Assembly (NCBI GenBank): GCA_030537465.1
Contig: JAUNMP010000002.1
Span: 1 to 60,000, forward strand
Direction of reading: 5' to 3'
Length of the DNA: 60,000 bases
Origin: a bacterium
GTDB taxonomy: Bacteria; Verrucomicrobiota; Kiritimatiellia; RFP12; UBA1067
In this document: positions 8,536 through 16,576 of the stretch, in pieces
How positions within the stretch are numbered: the first letter of the stretch is position 1
How the letters are laid out: the number at the start of each line of letters is the position of its first letter
Made by a program: the position numbers and the translations under genes
Notes under the pieces: model-generated
Told to the model about the DNA's origin: nothing
The model's input: only the letters and a program-made list of their open reading frames with translations
Database searches by the model: none

Positions 8536-9798
8536 TCAGCGAGATTCCCAGGAGACGGACTTCGCGCGCTTGAGCGGGGCGTTGGAGCCAGGCTTCGAGG
8601 CGACCGCGCCATCCGACTGGACGGCGCCATTCAGCGTGACACCCTTGTAGACAAGGCCCGCACAGCCTGCGACCTGGACGGGATCGCCCTTCGCCTCCAC
8701 GTCGGCGGAGACGTTCTCCAACAGCACGGATCCGATCTCATGCCCCTGGTTGCCGATGAACCGCAGCGGACGGCGGCTCCGCACCTTGAGATTGCGGAAG
8801 ACGAATCCGTCCACCTTGCGGACCTTCACGCCGGGCTCGGAGACGATCTGGACGGCGCTGCCGGTGAAGTGCCCCGTGTAGTTCTCGATGGTGATGTTCC
8901 GGATATCCATGTATCCCTCGTCGTCCGATCGCAGGTAGCGCTCGGGGAAGTCGGCGAAGATGCCGTTGTTGCCCTCGGCGACGATGTCGCGGAAGACGGC
9001 ATTGCGGATCGTGTCGTCGGAGGGGCATCCCAGGCGGATCGTCTGGCAGCGGCTGTTCAGCACGCAGTTCGAGACCACCACGTCCTCGCACACGACGCGC
9101 TCGGAAGCCCCCTTCTCGCGCATTGCCCGCAGGATGAGGCAGTCGTCGCAGGTCTTGAAGCGGGAGTTGCCCACGCGGATGCGGCGGCAGCCGTCGAAGT
9201 CGATGCCGTCGTTGTTGATCATCTTCTGGTCGGCCGTGATCAGGATGCCGTCCACCGTGATGTCCTCGCAGAGGCGGATCAGCATCGTCCAGCAGGGGGA
9301 GTCCTTGAAGGTGACGCCCTGGAGCCGCACGCCGCGGCAGCGGACGAACTGCACCATGCGCGGACGCTCCACGGGCGGCTTCGGGTAGTAGCCCCATTTG
9401 CTGGCGGCCTTCGTGTCGAAGAACTTCGGGCCCTGCCCGTCGATCACACCCTCGCCCGTCACCGCGATGTCCTCGGCGTCCCACGCGTAGAGGAACACCT
9501 TGCTCGAGCCCTCGGGCTTGATCGAGCAGATCTCCGCGGGAAAGCTGTCGTAGTCCTCGCTCTTCGCGCCGCCCAGGAGGTTCGCCCCCTTGTCGAGATG
9601 GAGGTCGACATGGCTTCTCAGGCGCAGAGAACCTGTCTGGTAGTCCCCCGCGGGCACGACGACACGGCCGCCGCCCTGCGCCGCGACCTGGTCGATCGCG
9701 GCCTGGATGTCACGCCCCGTGTTCCCCTTCACCGTCACATCGACGGCCTGCGCCCACACGGCGCTTGCCACCACCAGAAACAACAACATGCCTCTCAT
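8536..9798 (-). CDS. Secreted pectin-lyase-fold glycoside hydrolase, GH28-like
   Basis: Signal peptide MRGMLLFLVVASAVWAQA. GH28-style N-terminus (IQAAIDQVAAQGGGRVVVPAGDYQTGSLRLRSHVDLHL). NNDGID and CDDCL catalytic-type motifs. The GHG motif was not recognised. Confidence 0.7.
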   Translation of the reverse strand: MRGMLLFLVVASAVWAQAVDVTVKGNTGRDIQAAIDQVAAQGGGRVVVPAGDYQTGSLRLRSHVDLHLDKGANLLGGAKSEDYDSFPAEICSIKPEGSSKVFLYAWDAEDIAVTGEGVIDGQGPKFFDTKAASKWGYYPKPPVERPRMVQFVRCRGVRLQGVTFKDSPCWTMLIRLCEDITVDGILITADQKMINNDGIDFDGCRRIRVGNSRFKTCDDCLILRAMREKGASERVVCEDVVVSNCVLNSRCQTIRLGCPSDDTIRNAVFRDIVAEGNNGIFADFPERYLRSDDEGYMDIRNITIENYTGHFTGSAVQIVSEPGVKVRKVDGFVFRNLKVRSRRPLRFIGNQGHEIGSVLLENVSADVEAKGDPVQVAGCAGLVYKGVTLNGAVQSDGAVASKPGSNAPLKRAKSVSWESR

Positions 9799-9840
9799 TT
9801 TCCGTCTCCTCTAATTCCACTCTGGAAAAAACTTCGGAAC

Positions 9841-9852
9841 ATTATACCACAA
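9841..9852 (-). promoter_or_regulatory. Extended -10 promoter-like element TTGTGGTATAAT upstream of the GH28-like gene
   Basis: The minus strand reads TTGTGGTATAAT, 42 nt upstream of the ATG, followed by an AGAGGAGA Shine-Dalgarno. The same TGTGGTATA core occurs at 8496-8506 and 59188-59198. Confidence 0.4.
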
Positions 9853-9916
9853 CAAGAGAATGTCCCTGCAGCCTGTAGTAGACCGCGAGTTCCGCGTGAT
9901 CACGACCGAGCATCTT

Positions 9917-10855
9917 CTACGAGAGGGCGGAGATTCGCGCACGGACGAAAGCATTCAACCGCGACTTGAAGTCCTCGGAGAGGAACGAACGTTCCAACGC
10001 AAGCGGAAACGCCGTCTCGAATTTCGCGAGAAACGCCGTCAGAGCCTTCTCGTATCGCACGCCGGTGAGGTTGCAGGATTCGGCGAAACGGAGGAAGTCC
10101 GTATGCGTGAGCCGGTTCTTCTTGCCATTCAGGTTCAAAGCCAGCTCATCCGGATCCTGCGGCATCAGGATCTTTACCGGCAGGAGATCATAGCCCGCCG
10201 CCAAATGCCAATCGCCGTTGTGCTCGCGCAGAAGCGAGAAGTTCTTGAGGTGCATGTCGGAGTTGCCGATCAGATATGCATAGACGATCTCGTTGAAGAA
10301 CTCGCCCAAGTCCAAGCCACTTGAGGCCGATACGGCCTTGATTGCCTTGGCGGTCTGTTCGTAGGAGCCCGCATACTTGCGCTCGGTGTCACGCAGGGTC
10401 AACTGGCACATGTCGAGCATGTGCTTCACGCCATCGACACGATCCAGCCGCTTTGTGAGATACGCACGCTCTCCCGACTCAAGCCGCACAAGCGCATATG
10501 CCGCCGTTTTGAGTCCGCAAAGGGATGCAAGCATCATACCAAAATGTTCGGCCTCAGTGATCTCCGGATAAGCCGTCGTCGGCAGCTTCAGGATATAATC
10601 TCCTTCAAAACCGACAATCGTGAATCGATCGACATCCTCCGTATGCTCAAGGTGAACCGAGAGCTTGGCCTGGACCCCCGGCACACTAACACGCGACAGA
10701 ACCAGATTCTTGGCCAGAGCATTGACTTCATCGGTCTTATACGGGAAGACGGGAATCTTTCTCGACCCGAAGAATGCCTTCGCGCATTTCGCATGATACT
10801 CGCCCGAGACCTCGCCCCCCAGCGGCAGTCCGCAGATCAGACACCGCGCACTCAT
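9917..10855 (-). CDS. hipT: HipT-like Ser/Thr kinase toxin (HipA C-terminal kinase core without the N-subdomain)
   Basis: 312 aa from the ATG at 10855, which overlaps the hipS stop (ATGA). Gly-rich loop SVPGVQAKLSV, catalytic GNSDMHLKNFS, and Mg-binding YDLLP. N-terminal CxxC...HxxC knuckle. Confidence 0.8.
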   Translation of the reverse strand: MSARCLICGLPLGGEVSGEYHAKCAKAFFGSRKIPVFPYKTDEVNALAKNLVLSRVSVPGVQAKLSVHLEHTEDVDRFTIVGFEGDYILKLPTTAYPEITEAEHFGMMLASLCGLKTAAYALVRLESGERAYLTKRLDRVDGVKHMLDMCQLTLRDTERKYAGSYEQTAKAIKAVSASSGLDLGEFFNEIVYAYLIGNSDMHLKNFSLLREHNGDWHLAAGYDLLPVKILMPQDPDELALNLNGKKNRLTHTDFLRFAESCNLTGVRYEKALTAFLAKFETAFPLALERSFLSEDFKSRLNAFVRARISALS

Positions 10856-11175
10856 TCCACCACCTCGCGGATACTGGCCGCGCCGATGCAATCCCTGCAA
10901 CAGGCCAGAAGGCACGAGAACCGATCTCGCGGATTGATCTTCCAGGTTCTTTCGGCGATGTCGAGCAACCATCCCTCGGGTATGAGTCCGTCAAAGAAGG
11001 GGAAAAGCGCATCGCTCTCATACGGCTCATCGCGAAGCGGCATCAACGGCATGAGAGGGATCGCACCCTCCTTCGCCCGATAATCCGCAGCATAGGTAAA
11101 GCGAAACCCACGCGGCTCCCTTTCCTCCAGAAGCCCCACATGCTCATTGAAAAGATAGACGTCAGCCTTCCGCAT
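10852..11175 (-). CDS. hipS: HipS-like protein (stand-alone HipA N-terminal subdomain)
   Basis: 107 aa with the couple_hipA-type motif FPFFDGLIPEGW. Overlaps hipB by 14 nt and hipT by 4 nt. Confidence 0.8.
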   Translation of the reverse strand: MRKADVYLFNEHVGLLEEREPRGFRFTYAADYRAKEGAIPLMPLMPLRDEPYESDALFPFFDGLIPEGWLLDIAERTWKINPRDRFSCLLACCRDCIGAASIREVVE

Positions 11176-11380
11176 AGCTCAGATTTCTCTCCATCTCGCC
11201 GACAACCAAAGTCGAACTGAACATCTCCAGAACCTGATTCACCTTGTCCATCCTAAGCGTAGACTTGCCTTGCTCAAGTTCGCGCAGAAAACGCAATCCG
11301 ACCCCGCTTTTTTCTGCGAGTTCAATCTGCGTGAGCCTATATTCTTTGCGCTTCAGTTTGACAAATTCGGCAACTTTCAT
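11162..11380 (-). CDS. hipB: HipB-like XRE-family helix-turn-helix protein
   Basis: 72 aa. LTQIELAEKSGVGLRFLRELEQGK is a typical XRE HTH. First gene of the three-gene module. Confidence 0.8.
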   Translation of the reverse strand: MKVAEFVKLKRKEYRLTQIELAEKSGVGLRFLRELEQGKSTLRMDKVNQVLEMFSSTLVVGEMERNLSYAEG

Positions 11381-11388
11381 ACACTACA

Positions 11389-11479
11389 CCCGATAAGGTA
11401 TAATTCTTGTGGAAAGCCAAGAACTGACCCCGTTCGGGTATAATTCTTGATCTGACGTCGAGAATTATACCCTATCGGG
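11389..11479. promoter_or_regulatory. Operator-like repeats: three copies of GGTATAATTCT (two direct, one inverted)
   Basis: A 19-bp inverted repeat, CCCGATAAGGTATAATTCT (11389-11407) / AGAATTATACCCTATCGGG (11461-11479), with 1 mismatch. An inner 12-bp perfect IR GGGTATAATTCT (11436-11447) pairs with 11461-11472. Confidence 0.55.
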
Positions 11480-11493
11480 GGTAATTCTGTCAA
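11464..11493 (-). promoter_or_regulatory. Consensus sigma70-type promoter for hipBST (TTGACA-18 nt-TATAAT)
   Basis: On the minus strand, TTGACA is at 11493-11488 (overlapping the uvrD stop) and TATAAT at 11469-11464, inside the right operator arm. Confidence 0.55.
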
Positions 11494-13634
11494 ATGGATC
11501 CAAACTGAGGCTCGAGGATCAGGGAGGAGAGCCAGCGCGTGGTCGGAAGCGAGTCGAACTTGACGCAGCAGGTGCCGTTTTCGGTCTTGACGTCCTGAAC
11601 TGTTCCGGAGCCGAAGACCTTGTGGCGGACGCGGGCGCCGACGGGAATCGTCGGTCGCGTGGGGGCGTCGATCCTGTTCTCCTCGCAGGCGACCTTCACG
11701 CGCACGGCCTCCAGCAGGTCCTTGCGCGGCGGAACCTCGTAGTCGAAGGTGTCCGGGTCGATGTCGAGCAGGAAGCGCGAGGGGAAGCGCGGGGAACCGT
11801 CGAAGGCGCGTCCACCGGACGATGTGAGGAAGAGCGCCTTCTCGGCGCGCGTCATCGCCACGAAGGCGAGACGGCGCTCCTCCTCCATCTGTTCGCGGGT
11901 CTCGGTCTTGCGCGAGGGGAAGATGCCTTCGTTGAGCGAGCACAGGAACACGTAGGGGAACTCGAGGCCCTTGGCGGTGTGCACGGTCATGAGCTTCACG
12001 CGATCCGCCTTGCCGGTGTCGGCGTCGCGGTTCGTGAAGAGCGCGACGTGCGAGAGGTAGTCGCCGATGCCGCACTCTTCGCCGCAGCTCTCCTCGTACT
12101 GGCAGATGCCGTTCTTGAGCTCGGAGAGGTTGTCCAGGCGCGCCTGGGCGCCCTCGGTGCGCAGCATCGCCTCGTAGCCGCTCTCGTCCATCAGCGCCGC
12201 AAGCGTCTCCGAGACGTTCTCCGTGGCGGACTGGTGGCGTTCGACGAGCGCGACCAGTTCACGGGCCTTTGTCCCCTTGAAGATCTCGGCGTCCAGGCTC
12301 GTTTTCAGTGTTTCATAGAGGGATTTGCCGTTCTCATCCGCCCGCTCCTTCAGGAACGCGATCCGCCGCGTGCCGAGGTTGCGGCGCGGTTTGTTCGCCA
12401 CGCGCAGGAAGGCAAGGTCGTCGCGGGAGTAAACGAGCCGCAGGTAGGAGAGCGCGTCCTTCACCTCCTCGCGGTCGTAGAACTGCACGCCGCTGTAGAT
12501 CGTGTAGGGGACCTCCGCCTTCTGGAGTGCGGTCTCGGTCTCGCGCGTGACGTAGTGCGCCCGGTAGAGCACCGCCATCTCCGCGTACGGAACGCCGGCC
12601 TCGTGGAGGGCCTTCATCTTCTCGGTGATCCAGGCAGCCTCGTCGGCGGGGCGCGCACCCTGGCGACAGAGGACGCGCGGACCAGTCCCCTTCTCAGCGA
12701 CGAGGTTCTTGTGGATCCGCAGCGAGTTCTTGCCGATGAGCGAATTCACCACGGAGAGGATCTCCGGCGTGGACCGGTAGTTGCGGTTCATCATCACCGT
12801 CTTCGTACCGGGAAACTTCTGGTCGAACTCGAGCAGATACTTCACGTTCGCGCCGCGCCAGGTGTAGATCGTCTGGTCGGGGTCCCCCACCACGAAGAGA
12901 TTGCGGTGATGGGCCGTGAGCTCCTCCATCAACTTGTACTGGAGGGGATCGATGTCCTGGAACTCGTCGATCATCACGTATTCGAGACGTTCCTGCCACT
13001 TGCGTCGGATCTCGGGCTTGTCCGCGAAGATCATCAGCGTGAACATGATGAGGTCGTTGTAGTCGAGGGCGAAGCACTTCTTCTCGCGGTAGATGTAGCC
13101 GTTGAAGAGGATGTCGCCGACGGTCGTCGACTCGTCGTAGCGCCGCTTCAGCTCCTCGAGCGGAAGATTGGCCATCCGCCGGCAGTAGCCGGGCTCCTTG
13201 ACGCACTTGCGGATCTCGAAGGCGTCGCGCGCGTTGGCGAAGGTGCAGTCGCGCATGGTGAGCCCGCGTTCCTCGTAGATGCCGCGCAGGATGACGTCGA
13301 TGTCCGAGTTGTCGAGGATGGGGAAGTTCTGGGGATAGCCGACGGCGTGGCCGTCCTCCCGCAGCACGCCGGCGCAGAAGCCGTGGAAGGTATTGACGAG
13401 ACCGGTGTCGTTGTCGCCCGTGAGCGCGCGGATGCGCGTGCGCATCTCATTTGCCGACTTGCAGGAGAATGTGACGCAGAGGATGTGCGCGGGCAGCACG
13501 CCCAGCTGCTGGACGAGGTAGGCGAACCGATGCGCGAGCGCGCGGGTCTTTCCGCTGCCCGCGCCCGCGACGACGCGGACGTACCCCTCCGTCGTCTCGA
13601 CCGCCTCGCGCTGCTCCTCGTTCAGGTCTGCCAT
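11490..13634 (-). CDS. uvrD: ATP-dependent DNA helicase, UvrD/PcrA family
   Basis: Start MADLNEEQREAVE, Walker A AGAGSGKT, and helicase motifs (DEFQD, VGDPDQTIY, TVHTAKGLEF). C-terminal Tudor-like tail. Confidence 0.85.
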   Translation of the reverse strand: MADLNEEQREAVETTEGYVRVVAGAGSGKTRALAHRFAYLVQQLGVLPAHILCVTFSCKSANEMRTRIRALTGDNDTGLVNTFHGFCAGVLREDGHAVGYPQNFPILDNSDIDVILRGIYEERGLTMRDCTFANARDAFEIRKCVKEPGYCRRMANLPLEELKRRYDESTTVGDILFNGYIYREKKCFALDYNDLIMFTLMIFADKPEIRRKWQERLEYVMIDEFQDIDPLQYKLMEELTAHHRNLFVVGDPDQTIYTWRGANVKYLLEFDQKFPGTKTVMMNRNYRSTPEILSVVNSLIGKNSLRIHKNLVAEKGTGPRVLCRQGARPADEAAWITEKMKALHEAGVPYAEMAVLYRAHYVTRETETALQKAEVPYTIYSGVQFYDREEVKDALSYLRLVYSRDDLAFLRVANKPRRNLGTRRIAFLKERADENGKSLYETLKTSLDAEIFKGTKARELVALVERHQSATENVSETLAALMDESGYEAMLRTEGAQARLDNLSELKNGICQYEESCGEECGIGDYLSHVALFTNRDADTGKADRVKLMTVHTAKGLEFPYVFLCSLNEGIFPSRKTETREQMEEERRLAFVAMTRAEKALFLTSSGGRAFDGSPRFPSRFLLDIDPDTFDYEVPPRKDLLEAVRVKVACEENRIDAPTRPTIPVGARVRHKVFGSGTVQDVKTENGTCCVKFDSLPTTRWLSSLILEPQFGSI

Positions 13635-13636
13635 CC

Positions 13637-14542
13637 TCAATCCTGCCCTGTCGACCAGCACGCGCAGCGGCGGAAGCCCGACACTGTCTCGGTCGGCTGT
13701 TCCTGCTGGCAACGGTCCTGCACGGCGGCACAACGCGGCCAGAAGGCACAGCCAGTGGGCCAGGCATCGGGCGGAGGCACCGTTCCGGGAATGTCCGCAA
13801 GCGGAGCATCGCGCGGCGCGTCAAGCGCGGGCACGGCGGCGAGGAGCCCCTTCGTGTAGGGATGGCGCGGATGGGCTAGCACCTCCATCACGGGACCACT
13901 CTCGACGATGCGGCCCGCATACATTACGTTGACCTCGTCCATACGCCCGGCAACAAGGCCGAGGTTGTGCGTGATCAGCAATACAGCCATGCCCGTCTCT
14001 TCGGCCAAAGAATCAATCAGCTCGAGCACTTGCTTCTGCGTGGTGACGTCAAGAGCCGTCGTCGGCTCGTCGGCGATCAGCAGGTCCGGCGAGGCGGCGA
14101 GCGCCATGGCGATCATGCAGCGCTGCTGCTGTCCACCAGAGAGTTCGCAGGGATAGGCGTGGGCCGCGCGCGCAGGGTCAGGAAGACCCGTCCGGGCGAG
14201 CAGTTCGAGAATACGCGCGTCCTGCGCCTTGCGGTCCATGTCCTTCGGCAGCGCCTCGCGGATCTGCGCGGCAATGCGCATCACCGGGTTGAGGGAGTCG
14301 CTGGGATTCTGGAAAACATAGGCAATGCGGCCGTTGAACTTCGTCGTGCCAGAGATGGAGGCTCGGTCCGTCGGAGAGAGGCGTGCAAGTGAGAGCGCGG
14401 TCAGGGACTTGCCGCAACCCGATTCGCCGACGAGGGCAACACGCCCGTGTTCGGGAACGGAAAACGAAACGTCGCGCACGGGGACGATCTCCTTGCCGTC
14501 GCGATGAAAGGCGATTCTCAGGTTCTCGACTTCAAGCAGCAT
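13637..14542 (-). CDS. ABC transporter ATP-binding protein, oligopeptide/dipeptide (OppD/DppD) type
   Basis: Walker A GESGCGKS, signature LSGGQQQR, Walker B LLIADEPTTALD, and a C-terminal HPYTKGLL oligopeptide-type extension with a Cys cluster. Confidence 0.8.
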   Translation of the reverse strand: MLLEVENLRIAFHRDGKEIVPVRDVSFSVPEHGRVALVGESGCGKSLTALSLARLSPTDRASISGTTKFNGRIAYVFQNPSDSLNPVMRIAAQIREALPKDMDRKAQDARILELLARTGLPDPARAAHAYPCELSGGQQQRCMIAMALAASPDLLIADEPTTALDVTTQKQVLELIDSLAEETGMAVLLITHNLGLVAGRMDEVNVMYAGRIVESGPVMEVLAHPRHPYTKGLLAAVPALDAPRDAPLADIPGTVPPPDAWPTGCAFWPRCAAVQDRCQQEQPTETVSGFRRCACWSTGQD

Positions 14543-14543
14543 G

Positions 14544-15278
14544 TCACGCTCCCTTCTCCAGGCAAACCGTCCAGGGTCCGTGTTCGGACCAGATGCGCTT
14601 TACGTTCGCGGCCGTCTCCTCCGCCGTTTCGCCAATCTGCACATAGAGCGGCGTGGCCTGATGACGGAACCAGGTATCCTGGCGCTTGGCCAACTGACGC
14701 GTCCGTACGAGGATCTTCTCGCGGACGGCATCGGGGGCCAATCCGTCGATGAACTCCTTGTAGCCAATCGCGGCAGAAGCCGTATCAGACCAGACAGGAT
14801 ATTCCTCACGAAGAGCGGCAACCTCGGCGGCGAGTCCATCCATGAACATCGCGTCGAGCCGGCGCGCGATTCGGCCATGAAGAATGGCGCGCTCAACCTG
14901 GAGCACGGGATATTCGGGTGGAGGATTCGTCCATTCCCGATCAAGGCCACGTAGCAGCGCGGAGAAATAGAGACCCGTCCCTCCGACAATCACGATTGGA
15001 CGAGAGGCGGGAATCTCGTCCAGCCAATTCGCCGCGGCACGCAACCAGGCTCCCGATGAGAAGTGCTCGGCAGGCGTGACGACATCAACGCCGCCCATTG
15101 AGAATTCCGTGCGTTCCTCGGGGGTGGGCTTGGCCGTACCCACGTCCATGCCACGGTAGACGAGCATGGAATCGGCGCTTAGAATCGCAGCGCCTATTTC
15201 ACGGGCAAGAATCGCCGCGGCCGCGGATTTGCCACTGGCGGTCGCGCCAGCCAGGAGATAGGCCTCACGCGTCGCCAT
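14544..15278 (-). CDS. miaA: tRNA dimethylallyltransferase
   Basis: P-loop GATASGKS and SADSMLVYRGMDVGTAKPT. Start chosen at the ATG at 15278; an alternative ATG exists at 15320. Confidence 0.8.
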   Translation of the reverse strand: MATREAYLLAGATASGKSAAAAILAREIGAAILSADSMLVYRGMDVGTAKPTPEERTEFSMGGVDVVTPAEHFSSGAWLRAAANWLDEIPASRPIVIVGGTGLYFSALLRGLDREWTNPPPEYPVLQVERAILHGRIARRLDAMFMDGLAAEVAALREEYPVWSDTASAAIGYKEFIDGLAPDAVREKILVRTRQLAKRQDTWFRHQATPLYVQIGETAEETAANVKRIWSEHGPWTVCLEKGA

Positions 15279-15780
15279 TGGCACCGTCCTTCTCCGGTGC
15301 GGGGATGGGCTTGCCGTCATTCTTCTTCTGGAAGAGACCCAGCACGACCAGAATCGTCGCCGCGACGGTGATGTAGGAATCCGCGACGTTGAAGCAGGGG
15401 AAATGATGTACGCCCCAATGGAAGTCGAACATGTCGATCACGCAGTGGCGAGCCAATCGATCGACCAGGTTCCCAATGATGCCGGCGTAAAGCAGCATCT
15501 CGGCGACAACGCCCAACTTGCCGACGGGGAAGACCTCCGTTCGCTTCCAAATCAAGACACCCAGGGCGACAACGGCAAAGATGGCCAACGGCCAGACCTG
15601 CCCCTGGAACATTCCCCAGGCGCAACCACGGTTCTCGACATAGGCGAGATTGAAGACGTTCTCAATGACAACCCGCGGAGGCTGGGCTTTCAGGTAAAAA
15701 ATGGCCGCCGCCTTCACGACCTGGTCCAGAAGGAGCAGGTGCACGACGGCGGCGAACGTGAAGACGAGTCTTCTCAGCAT
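15265..15780 (-). CDS. lspA: Lipoprotein signal peptidase II
   Basis: 171 aa, 4 TM segments, NRGCAWGMF and FNVADSYITV motifs. Confidence 0.85.
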   Translation of the reverse strand: MLRRLVFTFAAVVHLLLLDQVVKAAAIFYLKAQPPRVVIENVFNLAYVENRGCAWGMFQGQVWPLAIFAVVALGVLIWKRTEVFPVGKLGVVAEMLLYAGIIGNLVDRLARHCVIDMFDFHWGVHHFPCFNVADSYITVAATILVVLGLFQKKNDGKPIPAPEKDGANGDA

Positions 15781-16532
15781 CAGCGATTACCGAAGGGGTT
15801 CTCCATGGCGGTCTGACATTCCATGCACGTATGCACGAACGGCAGATTCAGCAGACGAGGCTTGCGGATCAACTGCCCGCAGACTTCGCAGATGCCATAC
15901 TTGCCCTCGGCGATGCGCCCCAGAGCCTCGTCGATCATCTGAATCGTCTTGTTCTGGGAGTCGACCTGATTGAGGTTCTGCAGACGCATGAATGCGTCGG
16001 AACCATCCTCATCCTCGCTGCCACGATCATCCGTCTGCTCCAAGGCACTGGTCTTGAGGTTCGCGGACTGGCCCAGAGCCTCCTGGCGAAGCATGATGAG
16101 GCGCTTGCGGAATTCCTCAAGATCCTCCGCGGGGAACTGAAGGGTCTGCTCACCTTTCGTACGCGTCGTCGGACGACGCGAGAGTTTCACCTCGGGAGTG
16201 GACGCCTGCGCCAACTTGTCCGCTTCGCGGGCACGCTGCTTCATACGCTCTGCGAAGGAGAACGCCATATCCTGACTGTGGTTCTCAAACGCCGTCGGCG
16301 CCTCCGGCTTCTTGAGGGGCGTCTTGGGTGTCTTCTTGACCACCGTAATGGGCTTGCGGACGTACTCCTTCTTCTCGACCTTTTCAACCTTTTCGACAGG
16401 AGCCTCGACCCCCGCAGATGCCTTCTTGGCAGGCGTCGACTTCTTGTCGGCAGCCTTCTTCGCCGGTGCGGACTTCACAGGCTTCTTCGCGGGTTCGGAC
16501 TTCTTCGCCGACGACTTCTTCGTTGCGCTCAT
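15780..16532 (-). CDS. DksA/TraR-family C4 zinc-finger protein with a Lys/Ala/Pro-rich N-terminal tail
   Basis: C-terminal CEVCGQLI...HTCMECQ zinc finger and a coiled-coil region. The first ~85 aa are KKxAxKK repeats. GAGGAGGAA Shine-Dalgarno. Confidence 0.75.
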   Translation of the reverse strand: MSATKKSSAKKSEPAKKPVKSAPAKKAADKKSTPAKKASAGVEAPVEKVEKVEKKEYVRKPITVVKKTPKTPLKKPEAPTAFENHSQDMAFSFAERMKQRAREADKLAQASTPEVKLSRRPTTRTKGEQTLQFPAEDLEEFRKRLIMLRQEALGQSANLKTSALEQTDDRGSEDEDGSDAFMRLQNLNQVDSQNKTIQMIDEALGRIAEGKYGICEVCGQLIRKPRLLNLPFVHTCMECQTAMENPFGNR

Positions 16533-16576
16533 GAGGTTCCTCCTCTCTATCTCATGTACAGGATTCCGGCGGACAC

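Noticed and set aside
8161-9969. 602-aa plus-strand ORF spanning the IS end and the GH28-like gene
   Set aside because: It is antisense to a gene with clear GH28-like motifs and a signal peptide. It also runs across the IS inverted repeat and has low-complexity Arg/Asp/Ala/Val-rich content.
11622-13859. 745-aa plus-strand ORF
   Set aside because: It is the mirror frame of the UvrD/PcrA helicase, whose helicase motifs are unambiguous on the minus strand.
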